A DNA stretch of 64,000 nt, taken from assembly GCA_964016885.1 (NCBI GenBank), contig OZ024743.1, forward strand, positions 273,358,001 to 273,422,000, in the 5' to 3' direction. The notes beneath the pieces were generated by a model that was not told the origin of the DNA, did no database searches, and saw only the letters and a program-made list of their open reading frames with translations. How positions within the stretch are numbered: position 1 is the first letter of the stretch; the number at the start of each line of letters is the position of its first letter. Positions 16,005-29,406 of the stretch are shown piece by piece. The DNA is from Eledone cirrhosa (Eukaryota). A program made the position numbers and the translations under genes.

Positions 16005-16754
16005 TTATATTTTGAATTCGAAACCAATGGGAGACGCGAGAAACATAAGCTGAAAGTTGCACTCACGGAAATTTCCTTTACTACAATATTAGTTCTCTTA
16101 ATCAATGAAGACAATCAATACCACAAGACATGTTTATCATTCAGCAAATATAAGTGTTGTCTTATACAGGATGCATGTGTTATGGCATGGATAAATTAGG
16201 TAACAAATGGACAGGCGAGAGATTCGTAGGGACACTAGAAATAGCTCACTAACAAACCTACCAGTATTACTCAATCTAAAAGTCAGTAGAAATCAGTCAG
16301 AAATATAGATAATAAGTTCCAGCTGTACCATAGGGAACTAAATGAACAGTTGCGAAACGAAACCAAAATTAAGAGTAGCATATAGAAACGATTTAAATGT
16401 TATGTTTTGTATTAGTGTGTTAAGTAGAGCTACATGCGACATGAATAAAACCAAATAGAAAGTGATGGAGCTGAACAAGGGAGGAGCTCCTGTGAATGAG
16501 TGGGTATGTATGATTCCTGTAGATACAAGTCTTGACATGTTATGGAAAGCTCAGTGAAAGATAGTTGATGATACATGTTGACACAAACCTGACAACTCTC
16601 TCACCCACACGAAAGTGGGTGAGAGATGTCTTCTCCTCTGAGAATGGGCATCGCTTTGATTATGTAAAATTTCATTTTGCCTCATTTCTGTCCGTTTTGG
16701 GGCGCTTTTTTCATGATACACCCTGTTTGGATTTTTGGAGGGTGACAGATCTGT

Positions 16755-17355
16755 GACACCACTGCTAACCAACTATTCTTTTCACAGACCCATGCTTGCA
16801 AACTCTCTTGATCTGCCTGTACACCCTCTTTTTGCACTGCTTGTGTTTTGATGCATCTATGCTTTGTTTTGTCTTATATTTCTTTGGTGTTTGGAGCTTT
16901 TTGTTCCTTTATTGTTTTGTATTTTTATATTTATCTCTTTTCTTATCCCTGTATTTTTGTACTTTTTTTATTATTTTTTTTTATTATTTTCTTATTGTTT
17001 CTGATCTTGCGGAGTAATACCCTCACTCATCCCTTGCTACCCTCTCCCAACCTCTTTACCATCTAGTGCACCATTTAAGTGATACATTTTTGGTGTAATT
17101 TAAAATTTTTAAATTTTTAAGACATTTTATGACATTATGTACATCATGTATTTTGCATTTTTCCATATAGCGCTGGCCACGGGACCCCCCTGCTGGTCCT
17201 TTAACCTTGTTCTGGTGACGCAGCTCGATGGAGCATGCAACTACTGATATACTCATGTTTATATGCTCTGATGATTCCTGCCATGGTATATGGATGAAAC
17301 ACTGTTAGCTAATAAAACAATTAATTTCTAAGCACTCTTTAGTTATTCTTATAAC
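16755..17355 (+). mobile_element. 3' end of an HHR-bearing repeat family; type I HHR at 17265-17309
   Basis: gct-CTGATGA(17268-74)-ttcctgccatggtatatgga-t-GAAAC-act-GTT-agc-taataaa; T-rich 3' UTR; second copy at 5548-6030. Confidence 0.7.
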
Positions 17356-17463
17356 TATAACGGCTCTGTAGTATACTAGTTATCCTACATTGAGCTAAAA
17401 CCACACTGTCATACCAAGGACAATATATGTGTATGTCTGGGCATATTGATATATTTTTCAACG

Positions 17464-17554
<91 letters not shown>

Positions 17555-20500
17555 AGCTTTAATCTAAATTTATGATCCTTCCACTTACAGCCTCACCGAA
17601 TAAAGGCATTTTTGGGGGTTGCTTTTTGTACTAAGTCATTCATTAAATTATTCTGCGGCGGTCCATCAGGACGGCAGCACGTTCCCAGTTGTAATAATGT
17701 CTACTAAAAATTAAAACCCTTCCTCCAATTACCAGCATTGCCTATTTGGTATTTCAATTAATGAGGTCATATATGACATTTTTTTTGTGCTGTCACCTTT
17801 GTCACATTTGATTTGTTTATTTAATCTTTTTTCAAAAGTGTTCACTTTACCTCGTTATGGATATGACATTGATTAGTTAACGTTATCGTACTCATTGCAT
17901 TGAAAACGTTAATACGTACTACATTATGCATTACATATCTTCACTCCTAACATTTCGATAGCCAGGGAATTGTCATATTTGACATTTATCACTTCATATC
18001 ACACTTTAGCTGAATTGGGTTTGTTATTAGCTATTCTTTGTTGCTAGTCTATTGCAGAGTCCCGTGTGATTTAAGTTGACACATATAATGATAGCAGCTA
18101 GACTATCCTATAAGAGAGAATTGACAAACACACAATGTATGCATTGGATAATATATTGAGTTGTCATCAAGTAACATTTAGTTGGTACTGTATTAGTAAG
18201 TAGTGCCAGTTGTGTAACCTTTATTTGAAGTTTCTGCAAATAATAAGAGTTGATAACTACTATCAGGTCTAAACATATGTCTCTCTGATAAAAAGCAAAT
18301 AAAACAAACCATGATTTACATGCTCTGTAATTCAATAAAACTATCATTAATTAGTGACAAATTATGAATCAATCAATCTGTCAATCAGGACTTGCTCAAT
18401 GTACCAATTTTTCAGAGTGCAAAATAAGCATTATATGGATATAAACGCAGCAGAATATTTTAAATTATACTGACAGTATATCTTCACATTACATTCAAAC
18501 ACACATATCTAAAATCGATCGGTTACTAATATATGTTTTTAATGAATTAATAATAATCTCCCAAGGAACACAACTCTTGAATTACACTATTCTAGGATAT
18601 GATGTTATTATTAATGTTTAGTCTAAGGCCCACTCATGTTTAACGGACATATTACTGAAGGTTTTCTCACTAGAACTATTTCCTCTTCTTCAGGAATACT
18701 CTACATTGTATACATCATTATATGTGAAATTCCTTTTGGAGGTAAATAGCTGCATGGGGTTTTATTTGGTTACTGTTGCTCCTAGTCCAAATTACTCCTA
18801 CACATGTTAATAGAAAGGAAGAATGTACCACATTCATAATATTTAAATATGTTTTCTTTTAGTGGATGATCACTACATGTGAATTATGACGTGCAATGAA
18901 TAATTAAGGTGGTTGGTGTTTTTTGCTTTTTTAATAAGTATAGCTCTCTTCCTGATAGGATCTAAATTAGGCAGTTTTCCGTGACAACGATATAAATTAC
19001 ATGTATAGTTAATAGTTTTGAAGGTAATACGAGCTATACATTTTTAATATTTGTTCTAGAGTACATAATTCGATGGCTAAAATGTATTTGAACTGTAAAG
19101 CGAGTCAGTACTGTACTCAGTGATCTAACACAATACCATTCGTCTGAAAGCATTCGTGAAAAGACGTCAAATATGTTAGGAATTATGATCTCTACTTTTG
19201 TCTGACATATCTTTATTCATATATTCAGGACCTGACAAACATATCTTGTACATCAATATTATATTGGGAAACATAACCTCACTATTGTGGCACGAAATTA
19301 ACAATTACCGTCAGAATATAGACGATAATTTAACATTGTCATTCATTGATAGGTAATTGTAGCTAATCAATAATGTTATGCATGATGATGCATCATGATT
19401 AATTGGATATATTGCTGGATATATTGCCCGACGTATAGGCATTATTTTCTGATAAAATAATACTACAGCCGACATTCACATTCGACGATAACGTATATCA
19501 TCCTTTCGCTATTGGTTTTACATGCCCATAAAATCGCGAGCACACACGCATGTCCTCCCAACCCTCTAAACCTTGACACAACGAAGCAACCAGAATTTGA
19601 TAGCTCGAGGTCTGTACCAGCATTGGCCTTGTAGTTTTTATATCAACCCCAAATAGGCGAATGACGATCTAAATAAGGGCGAGTCTTAAATACAGAGTGC
19701 ACAGAACCGGAACGCATTCTATCAGACTCTCTAAAGACCCTGTGTAGTTAAATTTAATTTCTAATCTGGAGGAGGGTTTTTGTGAGAATTGTACAACAGC
19801 TCAATATATATGTTACCAAAATCTTCGACAAATTTATTTATAGATTGATCAAATCTCATACTAGTTTTAATTTGTTACATAGAATTTGCATCGACTTATC
19901 AAGCATGTGATGTATAACATGTAATAAGGAATGTTAGATAAGCATTCACTTACATAATTACATTAGTTTTTAAAAAAATGGTAAGACACAAAAAGGAAGG
20001 AAATCAATTTCTATTCAATATTTGTGACTTAGAGAATTACATCTAATATGTTTAACTTTATTCGTCAAATAAATGCTACTTCCATGAAAGTATGTTTCCT
20101 TTCAAAATAAATTTAACATTATTCATTGCTGTGATTTACATCGCTAACAATCAATGTGTCTAAAGTGGCCTATGTTGATGGCCGTCACTAAAAGATTTTT
20201 GATAATCGCATTATATATTATTCGATTCAACATCATGATTTGACCTACTCTCAGAAACAGTTGTCTAAAGCATGGCAAATCCATAAAGATATAACTATTA
20301 ATCTATGTACAAGCACGGCTGAATATATATGTCTATGTTCTTGTAAGAAAATGTGTTAACATTCCATACATTCCATGTCTTTCTTCGTAAATAAGAGTAA
20401 TTGAAAGATGGCATGTTATAAAACGACATTGCCGGGAAAGCAAATGTATTTCCTCAGATAATTATAAACTTTTGAGCATGAAATCTCAAATATAGAAAAT

Positions 20501-21479
20501 AATAAAAACTTTTGAATTTCTTTAATCCGTTGTTGAACAAACGTTAAACTTTAAAACTATTTTGTTATTGGTAAAATGGACAGGAATTCTCAATTTAAAA
20601 TAACAATATCTTTCCAGCATAAACCTTTACATCAGAAACTAATTCTTGGAAAACCGAATACAATACACATCAGGAGAGAGTAGATATTTTTCACATGTTA
20701 CCATTATTAATTGGAAAGTAAATAGGTCAGCAACGTAGTTTGAGTATCGGCCACCTGTAGCTTCATTTACAACACCTTTCAAAAAGCCACACACTTCCAG
20801 TTCTAATCGCAAGAAAATTAAACCTTCAATATTAATTAATTTGTTTAAAGATTAATTTGACGCTCAACGTCGAATGCATGTTCATATATAAACAGATTAT
20901 TAGAGAAAGTAATGATTGAATCATTTAATACTGAGGAATGTCATGTCTAAAGTACATTTCATAAAGTTACTAAAGTGAGCCGAGTGAAGTGGATGATGGT
21001 TATCACACACAAGATAATGAGATAAAAACACGCTATTTATTCATTAATTAATCCAAACAAGCTCGAAGTTTCTAGACAGAGATGATTCAAATACTAGAAA
21101 TAAAGGTCATCCATGGAAACGTTTAATGGCAACATATCAAAATATTAGTCTGACGATGTATTCTAATGATATTTCTGCATCAGTAAAATGCATTTTGATA
21201 TGAGTCAAAAGGAAAGTGACAACATTGTCACTGGATTGATAATAAATGGCAGATTTACAGTGAAATCGTAGTCAGCTGACAGTCTACCTTCTTGATTCTC
21301 GTTTACCTCCCGCTACACAGAAATGTAAGCAATTGTCTTCTACTATGGCCTCTTGTGATTGGGATTTTTAATATATGAGAGGTGCAGATGTTCGTTGTAT
21401 ATATATATATATATATCGAAAATTGCGTTTCGCTTTGTTTTTGACAACAGCTGAAATGCGATCTTGTTGAAATTATATT

Positions 21480-21509
<30 letters not shown>

Positions 21510-21516
<7 letters not shown>

Positions 21517-21775
21517 ATACTTGGAGAGGGTCAAATGTTTGTAATATTCCCAGAAATAATAACAGAACACATTCACTGTTTGGTTGGTTTTCGCTTCTGT
21601 ATCTTTATATCTCCATAGTTAATTTATTTGGCAATCAATGTTTATCATTGATTGACTACCGGTTAAAAATACAGATATAAATATATATATATAGTCTATC
21701 AATGTTCTTTCGTTGCACATCTGCAACATCATCAGTGGTCCTATTATGTTCCCTCCTATTGTATTGTAATTAATA
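21510..21775 (-). mobile_element. Solo pLTR fragment of the 44467-48407 PLE family, with partly decayed HHR (21698-21740)
   Basis: Shares gaagcgaaaaccaaccaaacagtga..tgttctgttatt..tgaccctc..aagtataacaatat and CTGATGA-tgttgcagatgtgcaac-GAAA with 48159-48407. Confidence 0.8.
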
Positions 21776-23070
21776 CGCCTTTTTTTTTCAAAAAATGGTG
21801 TAGACAATTTTGGCTGAATGGGACTGTCGATTAAAACGACCCCAGTACATGATTTGTACTTTAATGGTACATAAGGATAAAGGATTAAGCTAACCACGGT
21901 GGGATTTAAACTCAATACATAAAGGGGCGTAACTCTATGCCACAAAGCATAATATTCGACACTTTATCGATACTGCCAATCCACCAATATAATAAGAACC
22001 AGGCCTGACAAAAATATATTTTGTTGGGTGGATATAATTTTGAAAATGAAGGAAATGCCATGGGAGAAAGTTAAGCTTACATGAGAATTTCAAGGCCTCC
22101 ATATAACAACTTTCCACATATTCTATTGATGTCCCGATATCTACAGTGAAGGGGCTTGATTGTAGGGTCAGAATTGTTACGGAAGTGACTGCGAGTACCT
22201 CAGAGCCTGAGCAATATTGTCGTGTACACAGAAGATCTCCAGGAAGTATAAATGTAATATGAAAATGGTAACAATTTATTCCAAACAGTGATGTGTTTCG
22301 TACTACCTCTCTTTCTTATCAGTGGAAGAATTAATGTGTGCATAAACAATTCTTTTCAATGCAGATTTGGGATATTCACTGTGAATAGTGGTAGAGACGT
22401 AATGGTAGTATATGAACTATTTTGTAGCTGGGAGAATGGATCATACAGTCAACAATCAAGGAACGTACTATATTCGCACTACCTATGTATATGTTGTATA
22501 AATCATAGAGTTATCATGGCTTTCAACTTTAAGAAATTAATACATATATTTCTCACTACATCTCTCATTGTAATGAGACAAGATTTGTTTAGGAAGTAAA
22601 ATACAAGGCGATGTTTGGGAATATTCATACTCATTCTAATAGCAATTTTCGTACATGCTATATTTTGGAGTGTATTGCTCATTAAGTGTACATTCAATTG
22701 AGGTATATTGAAATTTATGTTGCGAAATAAACATATTAAGTATCTGGGAGTTTAAAGAAGAAAAATATTCTCTATGCATAACAGACGATCCCAAAAGTTC
22801 AACCACAAAGCGGTAATTGTAGTTGTTTTAATAACATTACTAGCTATCCGTTAATAAAATAGAATACACCAAAGTTTTATTTACATTTAAAAAACCTAAT
22901 ACATGCACAAAACTCTTTTTTACATTTATGACATTGAATTAGAAAACTAAATATATGGCCCTTGAAGAGAAATTGAGATAAACTTTTAATATTAATATTA
23001 ATATTTTAAGCAAAGGCGATGAATTGGCAGGGTGGCTCAGCGCCGATAATATAGCATTGCATTATTTGTT

Positions 23071-23242
23071 GCGGTGGATTGGCAGTATCGGTAGAGGGTC
23101 GGACGCCATGCTTTCCAGCATAGTTACGTCCCTTTACGATCTGAGTTCAAATCCCGCCGAGGTTGACTTTGCCTTTCATCCTTACGGCGTCGATAAAATA
23201 GAGTACCAGTTGATTGCTGGCATTGTGCCTAAAGTAGTAACA
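23071..23242 (+). mobile_element. tRNA-derived SINE with 10-bp TSD, nested in an older related SINE (~23015-23310)
   Basis: A/B-box-like head (tggcagtatcgg / gagttcaaatcc); conserved core gactttgcctttcatccttacgg.gtcgataaaata.agtaccag; TSD attatttgtt at 23061-70 and 23243-52. Confidence 0.85.
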
Positions 23243-23489
23243 ATTATTTGTTATAGATATTTCCACGCTGTGTCTAAATCCCGCCGAGTTCAAATTTGCC
23301 TTTCATCCATCCTAAAGAGACAACAAAGAAGCTAACTCCACCATCAGTAACAAGAACAACACATATGTTCTCAGGATTGAATGACTCTCCCCAGCCACAT
23401 GATCCTATGAGAAACTGCTAACAAGCTCGCATGTGTGCGTGCTGAACTCTGGGTCTTTCCGCTGGGAACAACCCCGTTTTCTCTCTTCC

Positions 23490-25670
23490 CCCACCTTTGG
23501 GTTTTTCTTCTTTTTTTTTTCGTACATTCATCCATTCACTCATTCATTTGCTAACATTCTACCTTCTTGTGTGTCCAAATCCATGCACCCCTTCTTTTCT
23601 CTCTTGTCCTCTGACGCCTCTATATCTGATGTAGGTGAGCTATGAGGCCCTCTTACCAGCACATTCCCTTCCACTCACACACGCCAGCCACTCACCCCTG
23701 ATGCCGCTCGGTGCCCCAGTCCCCGGCCCCACGCCCCTTCCTCCGTCCCCCCAAACTGACACCTGCAGCACTTGCAGCACCACCAACAGGCAGGAGAGGG
23801 TCCGGAACTGCTCGGGGTGCGGCTGCTTCCACCACCTCACCTGTGTTGGCTTGACATATCGAGCTTCCAGTGGCCTGGCAGCGTGGAGATGCAGGAACTG
23901 CCTTTTCCCCTTGTCTGCCCAGCTTGACATGAGGAATGCCTTCAACTGCTTGCGCCGGGAACATCTGCTCGATGCCTGCCTCAGCCGAGCCCCCTCTGCC
24001 TACCCGCTGGCCTACCTGTCGTATGCAGCCCAGAGCATGCTCCTTGCCGGCGATACAGTCATACCATCGGCTACTGGGGTCCAACAGGGTGACCCTTTGG
24101 AACCCTTCATGTTTGACCTTGGTATAGACCACATCGCCCGGAGTAACACGGCCTCTCTCAACGTTTGGTATCGGGATGATGCTATGTTGGGCGGGCGCGT
24201 ACAGACTGTCTGCCATGACCTACAATCGGTGGTTCCTGCCGTGGCAGGAATCGGCCTCCAGGTCGATGCTGAGAACTTTGCAGCCTCCGTCTTGGACGTG
24301 CAGTCTATTCTCTACCAGGTACAGGTGACCCCCAAAGAGAATGTACTCATCCTCGAGTCACCGATCCACCGGTCGGCCATCCGCCCCACCATCAGGTCCA
24401 GGCTTCAACAACTCCAGACTCTCGCGAGCCGACTGGGTTTGATCGACGGCCACCCAGCTCTCTTTCTGTTGAGGAACTGCTTCGCCATGACGAGGCACCT
24501 CTATACCTTTCGCAGCGCTCCGTGCTACACCCACACATCTCTCCTTGCTGACCTCGATACTTGTATCCGAGCAGCAGCTGAGGAGATATGCAACATCAAG
24601 TTTGACGACATTGGATGGCATAAGGCCACTTTACTTATCAGGTATGGTGGCCTTGGCCTCCGGTCCCCGATCTCGCTTGCTTTGCCGACCTATATTTCGT
24701 CGGTAACATGATGCCGCGTGCGGTAACCTCAGAGAACGTGAGGCCGCCTGTGGGGTGTGGGACCGGGTGGGACTTGGCCCAGTAGATGTCCTCCTCCTTC
24801 TCCCCGCGTTTACGTCAAGTCCCCCCAAAGCACTTGGGATGCCATCCAGTGCAGCCTGGCCTCAGACAGGCTCACGCGCCAGCTCGACCAGCACCGCCCT
24901 GCCTGCTTTCGTGCGGCCTCCAAACCCCACAGTGGTGCCTGGCTCCATGCCCTGCCCTCCTTTTCCACTGGCACGCAGCTAGACAACAATAGTCTGCGCA
25001 TCGGCGTTTCCTTGAGGCTCGGCTTCCGGATCTGCGAGCCACACCGATGTCACTGTGGATCCACCTTGGACTCTTTCGGCCTCTACCCGCTTTCCTGTCG
25101 CCATAGTGCCGGCCGCCTTCCACGCCAAGCTGCCCTCACAGAGGTTATAAAGCATGACTTGGACACCGCGGGCTTCCCTTCCCAGCTTGAGCCGGTGGGG
25201 CTGGACCGAGGGGACGGTAAAAGGCCAGATGGCATGACCATCTTCCCGTTCCGCGGTGGCAAACCCCTCTTCTGTTATGCTAATTGCACTGACACTTTCT
25301 GCAGCCGCATCCTGGTGCAGTTTGCCACTAACCCAGGTTCCGCTTACGTCGGGCTGAGGAGGCCAAGCACCGCAAATACCGGTCGCTCTCAGACAGGTTT
25401 GCGGTTGTACCCTGGCAGTGGAGACTTATGGTGTCCTCGGCCCCAGGGCTATCTCCCTACTCACCACCATATGCGCTGAGCTGGCCAGCCGCAGGTGTGA
25501 ACCCCGCGATTTGGAGTGGCTTTTCCAGCGCGGCTCTCTTGCCGTCCTCCCTGGGAACGCCTACTCCATCCTGTCCACCGAGCCTTTCGGGGGAGGGGGG
25601 GGGGTACATCGTGTAACATTCCATATTTAGGTATCCAGATTAATGGCTTTTAGGTTGTACATAAATATTA
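23490..25670 (+). mobile_element. CRE-clade-like RLE non-LTR retrotransposon (PHD finger + RT + CCHC + restriction-like endonuclease), internally deleted and frameshifted
   Basis: CSTC..CSGCGCFHHLTC..WRCRNC (PHD); QLDMRNAFN, GVQQGDPL, WYRDD, RYGGLGLRS; SGAWLHALP, CHCG..LSC, KRPDGMTIFPF, ETYGVLG, WLFQR; clearly GC-richer than the flanks; ends approximate. Confidence 0.8.
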
Positions 25671-25932
25671 CTTGTACAGGTACTCAATACATTAGGCAAT
25701 ATTTATTTCATATGAAACTGATTTCTACAGGTCTATACCTGTTTCACTCACATACTGTGATACGCACGTTCACATGCATATATACAACACACGGCTATAT
25801 TTTTAAAAAAATCACGCACGCTGAAACCGCTTGGCGCCGTGGTGGGGAGTTATATAGCTATATACAATCCGTGACTCCATCAAGCATCGAGTACTCCCAT
25901 GATTAGTCGTCTCATCTTTCTCAGCACCACAT

Positions 25933-25979
<47 letters not shown>

Positions 25980-26054
25980 ATATATATATATATGAAGTAT
26001 TTCTGTAGGGAAGGTACAGGAAAAGAGAGTGCTCTATGTAGGCTACAGAGCTTA

Positions 26055-26276
26055 TTAGTTATGTAATAAACAACATAAGATAATTATTTCATTTACCAGT
26101 GGTTTCTTGAAGGCAGATATTTATATCTGTCTTCAGTCGTTAGAATGAATAAATAACATGGTAATAAAAACACCATGTTATTTATTCATTCTGACGACTG
26201 AAGACAGATATAAATATCCGCCTTCAAGAAACCACTGGTAAATGAAATAATTATCCTATGTTGTTTATTACATAAC

Positions 26277-26279
<3 letters not shown>
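26055..26279. mobile_element. Fold-back element, ~107-bp arms, carrying a type I HHR (intact on + at 26185-26246; CTAACGA-mutated mirror on -)
   Basis: 26055-26161 reverse-complements 26173-26279; ttcatt-CTGACGA-ctgaagacagatat-aa-atatccgccttcaa-GAAA-CCACTGG-TA-aatgaa; abuts (TA)n. Confidence 0.85.
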
Positions 26280-26322
<43 letters not shown>

Positions 26323-26388
26323 GAAGAGAGAAGAAACATTTAGATATAATTAGTAATAAAATGTATCATACCTAAACTGCTCCTAGAG

Positions 26389-26478
26389 TCCTCGACTACG
26401 TAGTTTCGTGGCATAAACAAAAACAATAAATCATAAAGATATAGAGTCCTTGCGAGGTCTGCCGACTTATCAAGAGGA
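26389..26478 (-). ncRNA. Decayed type I HHR
   Basis: tcctc-TTGATAA(decayed CTGATGA)-gtcggca...tgccac-GAAA-CTACGTAG-TC-gagga; perfect stem I, palindromic stem III. Confidence 0.5.
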
Positions 26479-26679
26479 TACCTCATTTTACTAGTCTCAA
26501 GAACGCGTCTACACGACGTGAGAAAGAATCCCAAAAGGCGGAGGGGGAGATAGTCACGCGATATAACGGTCGAGAAACAGAGCTAAGCCTCTTATAACGC
26601 CGAAGAAAATATAACTATATATATATATATATATATATATAGTTAAAAGAATAGAGGTGTAACACACAAGTTATTATAT

Positions 26680-27220
26680 ATTGGTAAACGGAATAGAAAA
26701 TGCTGACAAATTGTTCACAGTTGAAAAATGGTTTAATTAGGAATAAATGAGTATTAGTGATTGTATGGGTTAGTATTCAGTTGTGGTTTTAAGTTTTTAA
26801 GTTTTTACCGGTTGCGCATTTCTAAATGGTGATTCCAATCTACAAAATGTCATTAACGAAGTAGGAAAGCAGACATACTTTCAATCATATCTTCTCGTTG
26901 TTATCGAATGGACAAAAAATGATGCTACTAAATTTGTTTTGTAAATTAAAGCAGTTAAGTTACCATGTTCTCGTCCGCTAGGTGAAGCCCTCGTTGCACC
27001 TGAAAACACAAGAGACCTTAGTATCAGAGCAAACAGCACGGACACTCTATCTCAAAATTATTTTTGAAAAGCATTTAGAAATGCGCAACCGGTAAAAACT
27101 TAAAAACATAAAACCACAACTGAATACTAACCCATACAATCACTAATACTCTTTTATTCCTAATTAAACCATTTTTCAACTGTGAACAATTTGTCAGCAT
27201 TTTCTATTCCGTTTACCAAT
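26680..27220. mobile_element. Fold-back element (149-bp arms 26680-26828 / 27072-27220) enclosing a 197-bp copy of neighbouring DNA
   Basis: Arms are near-perfect reverse complements; 26828-27024 duplicates 27409-27605 (3 mismatches seen); flanked by (TA)n. Confidence 0.85.
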
Positions 27221-27369
27221 CTATATATATATATATATATATAAGACTAGTTACAGATTGAATGAAATAATAGTAGTGTTCAGTTTACCTAAATAGGAAA
27301 TCTGTATTATACTGCTTCTACCATATCACTATAACATTGAAGCAGAATATCTCATCATTATTTACACCA

Positions 27370-27830
27370 ATGACATTATATAAGCACAATAACGTAAGGA
27401 TATTCGCAGGTGATTCCAATCTACAAAATGTCATTAACGAAGTAGGAAAGCAGACATACTTTCAATCATATCTTCTCGTTGTTATCGAATGGACAAAAAA
27501 TGATGCTACTAAATTTGTTTTGTAAATTAAAGCAGTTAAGTTACCATGTTATGGTCCGCCAGGTGAAGCCCTCGTTGCACCTGAAAACACAAGAGACCTT
27601 AGTATAATTGTGGATAACAATCTAAGCTGGAGTACACACTGAAAAAAAGAGAGTTGGCATGACCCTCATGTTATCTTCCTGAATGCTTAGTTCTTTCAGG
27701 TATAGAGATATTCCCACTACAATCATTATATTCCCTACATTTACTTGGCTCTATCTTGAATATTGTTGCGCACTGGGGTCTCCACACATGCAACAAAGTA
27801 TTATGACATTTGAAACAACCCATAGCTAAA
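27370..27830 (+). pseudogene. CR1-like LINE RT relic
   Basis: RIFAGDSNL (cf. LFADDSKL), QSYLLVVIEW, ENTRDLSIIVDNNLSWSTH (cf. EKDLGVIVD), YLEYCCALGSP (cf. LEYxxxxWSP). Confidence 0.55.
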
Positions 27831-28344
27831 TAAAAAAAAATATTAGATGGCATGATGAATTGGGGGAGGGGAAAGTCAATTAAATCGACCTCAGTGCATT
27901 ACTGGTGCTTTATTTTATCGAACCCGTAAGGATAAAATGGCAAATCTAACCTCTGCGGGATTTGAATTCAGAAGTTAAAGGGCTATAACTCTATGCTGTA
28001 AAGCATGGTGTAGCCAGACTTAATAGAACAGAATGGCATGAGGCGGCATGATCCCTATAGTAATCGCACGCTTTTGCATACATGTTTCCAACACAGGACC
28101 ATTGCAGAAGAGAAGCTCAAATCGTTCGTTTTTCCTATCTAGGAATGTTTCAGCCTCACATCTGAAAAAGAGGTTATTGGCCTTGAAATATATCATAATA
28201 CACTGAGTAAAACATTATTTTTGTTACATTTACTTTGATTTGTTACATTTATCTTCATTTCCCCTTCATATTTTCTATCGCTCATTGTACCGGCTTTTTA
28301 AAAAGTTATCGGTCATTTACTATATATATATATATACAGGCAGA

Positions 28345-28409
<65 letters not shown>

Positions 28410-28460
28410 ATATATATATATATATCTTTGGATTTTAGTCTTCAAATTTATTATTATTAC

Positions 28461-28542
<82 letters not shown>

Positions 28543-28654
28543 TATGTATGTATAGTATAAATATATATTATCAAATATATAAATGAAGAAATTAGATTTT
28601 AAACAATTTGTAATTCCTTACATATATTTTAAGAGATCATATCATTGGAATAAT

Positions 28655-28838
28655 TGTTTCTACTTTTGGCACAAGGCCAGCAATTACCCAGTGCATTACT
28701 GGTACTTTATTTTATCGACCCCGTAAGGATGAAAGGCAAAGTCAACCTCGGTGGGATTTGAACTCAGATCGTAAAGGGACGTAACTATGCTGGAAAGCAT
28801 GGCGTCCGACCCTCTACCTATACTGCCAATCCACCGCT
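28655..28838 (-). mobile_element. Young tRNA-derived SINE with 15-bp TSD (same family as 23071; further decayed copies ~12110, 21830, 27860, 53880, 54240)
   Basis: Near-identical reverse complement of 23071-23242; TSD tatcattggaataat at 28640-54 and 28839-53. Confidence 0.9.
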
Positions 28839-29272
28839 TATCATTGGAATAATGTTAGGAGAAAATTCGATTCATGCATACAAAATATATATACGCACTA
28901 CTCTATATTTAAAGTTTTAAAACACATTAAATTGAAGCAGAATATATCCGAAATTCACTTGCCACTTTACACAGGATCAGGGACATCTCAATCTAACCAT
29001 TGGTATAGCGAATGTATCTTGAAACATGTGTAAGAAATTGAAAAGCCAATTTTCCATTTATATATTTGATTATATTTGTTCTATGTTTACGTATGGCTTT
29101 CCATCTTCTTCTCACTGAAACATCTGACTTCTCTTCAGACAAATAACATATAAACACGTTCATAGTTCTGAAACTACTGGCAATTATATACTATCATTGT
29201 ATACATACTATAATTATATATATATATTTATATATATATATATATATATATATCAGTTGTAACAATATATTA

Positions 29273-29406
<134 letters not shown>

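Noticed and set aside
21144-21200. CTGACGA at ~21151 (also CTGATGA ~30946, CTGACGA ~42092, minus CTGAAGA ~29135) as HHRs
   Set aside because: Missing the GAAA box or convincing stems I/II
17560-22900. Repeat-poor AT-rich stretch (also 30000-33100, 42900-44200) possibly hiding host exons
   Set aside because: No recognisable protein motif or convincing spliced ORF by eye; short exons cannot be excluded without RNA-seq or BLASTX
23071-23160. tRNA gene-like A/B boxes (also ~10800, 28760, 29720, 33790)
   Set aside because: No cloverleaf; the well-preserved copies continue into SINE core and tail with TSDs
23755-23905. PHD finger as an exon of a host chromatin gene
   Set aside because: In frame with LINE RT motifs, same GC-rich block, no splice signals bounding it
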